From Pristiophorus japonicus (lineage: Eukaryota): a stretch of DNA of 64,000 bases. The notes beneath the pieces were generated by a model. The model was not told where the DNA came from and searched no databases. It was given only the letters and a program-made list of their open reading frames with translations. The first letter of the stretch is position 1. Every line of letters starts with the position of its first letter. The translations under genes were made by a program, and so were the position numbers. Where the stretch lies: positions 62,001-126,000 of the forward strand of contig NW_027251843.1 of NCBI RefSeq assembly GCF_044704955.1, given 5' to 3'. Shown in pieces: positions 62,201 through 64,000 of this stretch.

Positions 62201-64000
62201 TCAGCAAACATGGCTACGTTACACTCGGTCCCTTCATCCAAATCATTAATATAGATTGCAAATAGTTGGGGTCCCAACACTGATCCCTGCAGCACCCCAC
62301 TTGTTATGGATTGCCAACCCGAGAATGAACCATTTATCGTGACTCTCTGTTTTCTGTTCATTGGCCAATCCTCTATCCATTCTAATATACTACCCCAAAC
62401 CCCGTGAACTTTTATCTTGTGCAGTAACCTTTTATGTGGCACCTTGTCAAATGCCTGCTGGAAGTCTTTATCCACCCTATTCGTTACATCCTCAAAGAAC
62501 TCCAGAAAATTTGTCAAACATGACTTCCCCTTCGTAAATCCATGCTGACTCTGCCTGACCGAATTTTGCTTATCCAAATGTCCTGCTACTGCTTCTTTAA
62601 TAATGGATTCCAACATTTTCCCAACCACAGTTATGTTAGGCTAACTGGTCTATAATTTCCTGCTTTTTGTCTGCCTCCTTTTTTAAATAGGGGCGTTACA
62701 TTTGCAGATTTCCAAACTGCTGGAACCTCCCAAGAATCCAGGGAATTCTCAGTGTCCTGTCATGTAATGTGTATTCATTTGCGTTGTTAGACTTCCCCAA
62801 ATGCATTACCTCACAGTTCTCGGGATTGAATTCCTTTTGCCACAGTTCTGCCCACCTGACCAGTCCATTGATATCTTCCTGCTGTCTACAGCTTTCTTCC
62901 TCACTATCAATCGCACAGCCAATTTTTGTATCATCAGAAAATTCTTAATCATGTCCCCTACATTGAATTCTAAATCATTGGTGTATATTACAATGCGCAA
63001 GGGACTTAGTACTGAGCCCTGCGGAACAATACTCGAAACAGCCTTCCAGTCACAAAAACACTTGTTGACCATTACCCTTTGCTTCCTGCCACTGAGCCAT
63101 TTTTGGATTCAACTTGCCACTTGCCCTTGGATCCCATGGGCTTTTTACTTTTCTGCCATGTGAGACCTTGCCAAAAGCCTTGCAAAGATCCATGTAGACT
63201 ATATCAAAAATGCAACACTCATCGACCCTCCTTGTTATCTCCGCAAAAAATTCAATCACGTTAGTCAGGCACAACATTCCCTTAACAAATCCATGCTTAC
63301 TGTCCTTGATTAATCCGTCCCTTTCTATATGACAATTTATCCTCTCCCTCGGAATTGTTTCCAATAATTTTCCCACCACCGAGGTTAAGCTGACTGGCCT
63401 GTTATTACTCGGCCTATCTCTTTCCCCCTTTTTAAACAAAGGTACCATGTTAGCAGTCCTCCAGTCCTCCGACACCTCACCTGGAAACAGGGTAGATTGA
63501 AAAATTATGGTCAGAGCCTCTGCTATTTCCTCCCTTGCTTCACTTAACAACATTGAATAGATTATATGCTAAACCCCTTAATACTTCTTCACTCACTATG
63601 TTTATCTCATCAAATATTTCACACTTGTCTTCCTTAATTACAATGTCTGCATCGTCCCTCTCTTCTGTGAAGGTAGATACAAAGTATTCATTTATAACTA
63701 TTCCCACATTTCTGCCTCCACACGCAGGTTACCTTTTTGGTCTCCAATAGGCCACACTCTTTCTTTAGTTATCCTCTTGCTTTTCATGTATTTATTAAAC
63801 ATCTTTGAGTTTTTCCTGACTATACTTGCCAATATTTTTTCATACCCTCTCTTTGCATTCCTAATTTCCTTTTTAATTTCACCCCTGCACTTTCTATACA
63901 CCTCTGGGCTTTCTGCAGTATTTAGCTCTGGGTATCTGACATAAGCTTCCCTTTTTTGCCTTAACCTACCCTGTATGCCCTTCGACATCCAGGGGCTCTA
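59228..64000 (-). repeat. Inverted segmental paralogue of ~37850-39903 joined to ~47035-48966
   Basis: Shared unique sequence, TE junctions and diagnostic mutations. See findings. Confidence 0.8.

Overview
Repeat-dense vertebrate genomic DNA, most likely a cartilaginous fish (shark), judged from the Ig light-chain sequence and the SINE/CR1 families. (1) 1-20.9 kb is a nest of decayed LTR retroelements: two Ty3/Gypsy elements (A, D), three pieces of a retrovirus-like lineage (B, C, E) and several solo LTRs. Taken together, B, C and E show a CCHC Gag, a protease, a YVDD RT, two RNase H domains, an HHCC/GPY integrase, a tRNA-Arg PBS and an LTR related to two ~1.5-kb solo LTRs. Copy C carries an env-like gene with an apparent N-terminal Ig domain ahead of an RQKR|GL furin/fusion-peptide motif. 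Copy E has a different cassette behind a similar splice acceptor. (2) 35.0-43.9 kb (- strand) is a shark kappa-type (NS4/type III) Ig light-chain minilocus. It has a promoter, a leader exon, a V already fused to J with no RSS (out of frame, Cys23->Tyr) and an intact C exon. (3) 59.2-64 kb is an inverted paralogue of 37.9-49.0 kb that lacks ~7.1 kb, including the VJ and its promoter. The rest is CR1, L2 and RTE LINE remnants, tRNA-derived SINEs, a Harbinger-like DNA transposon and minisatellites. All calls were made by eye without database searches, and boundaries of decayed repeats are approximate.
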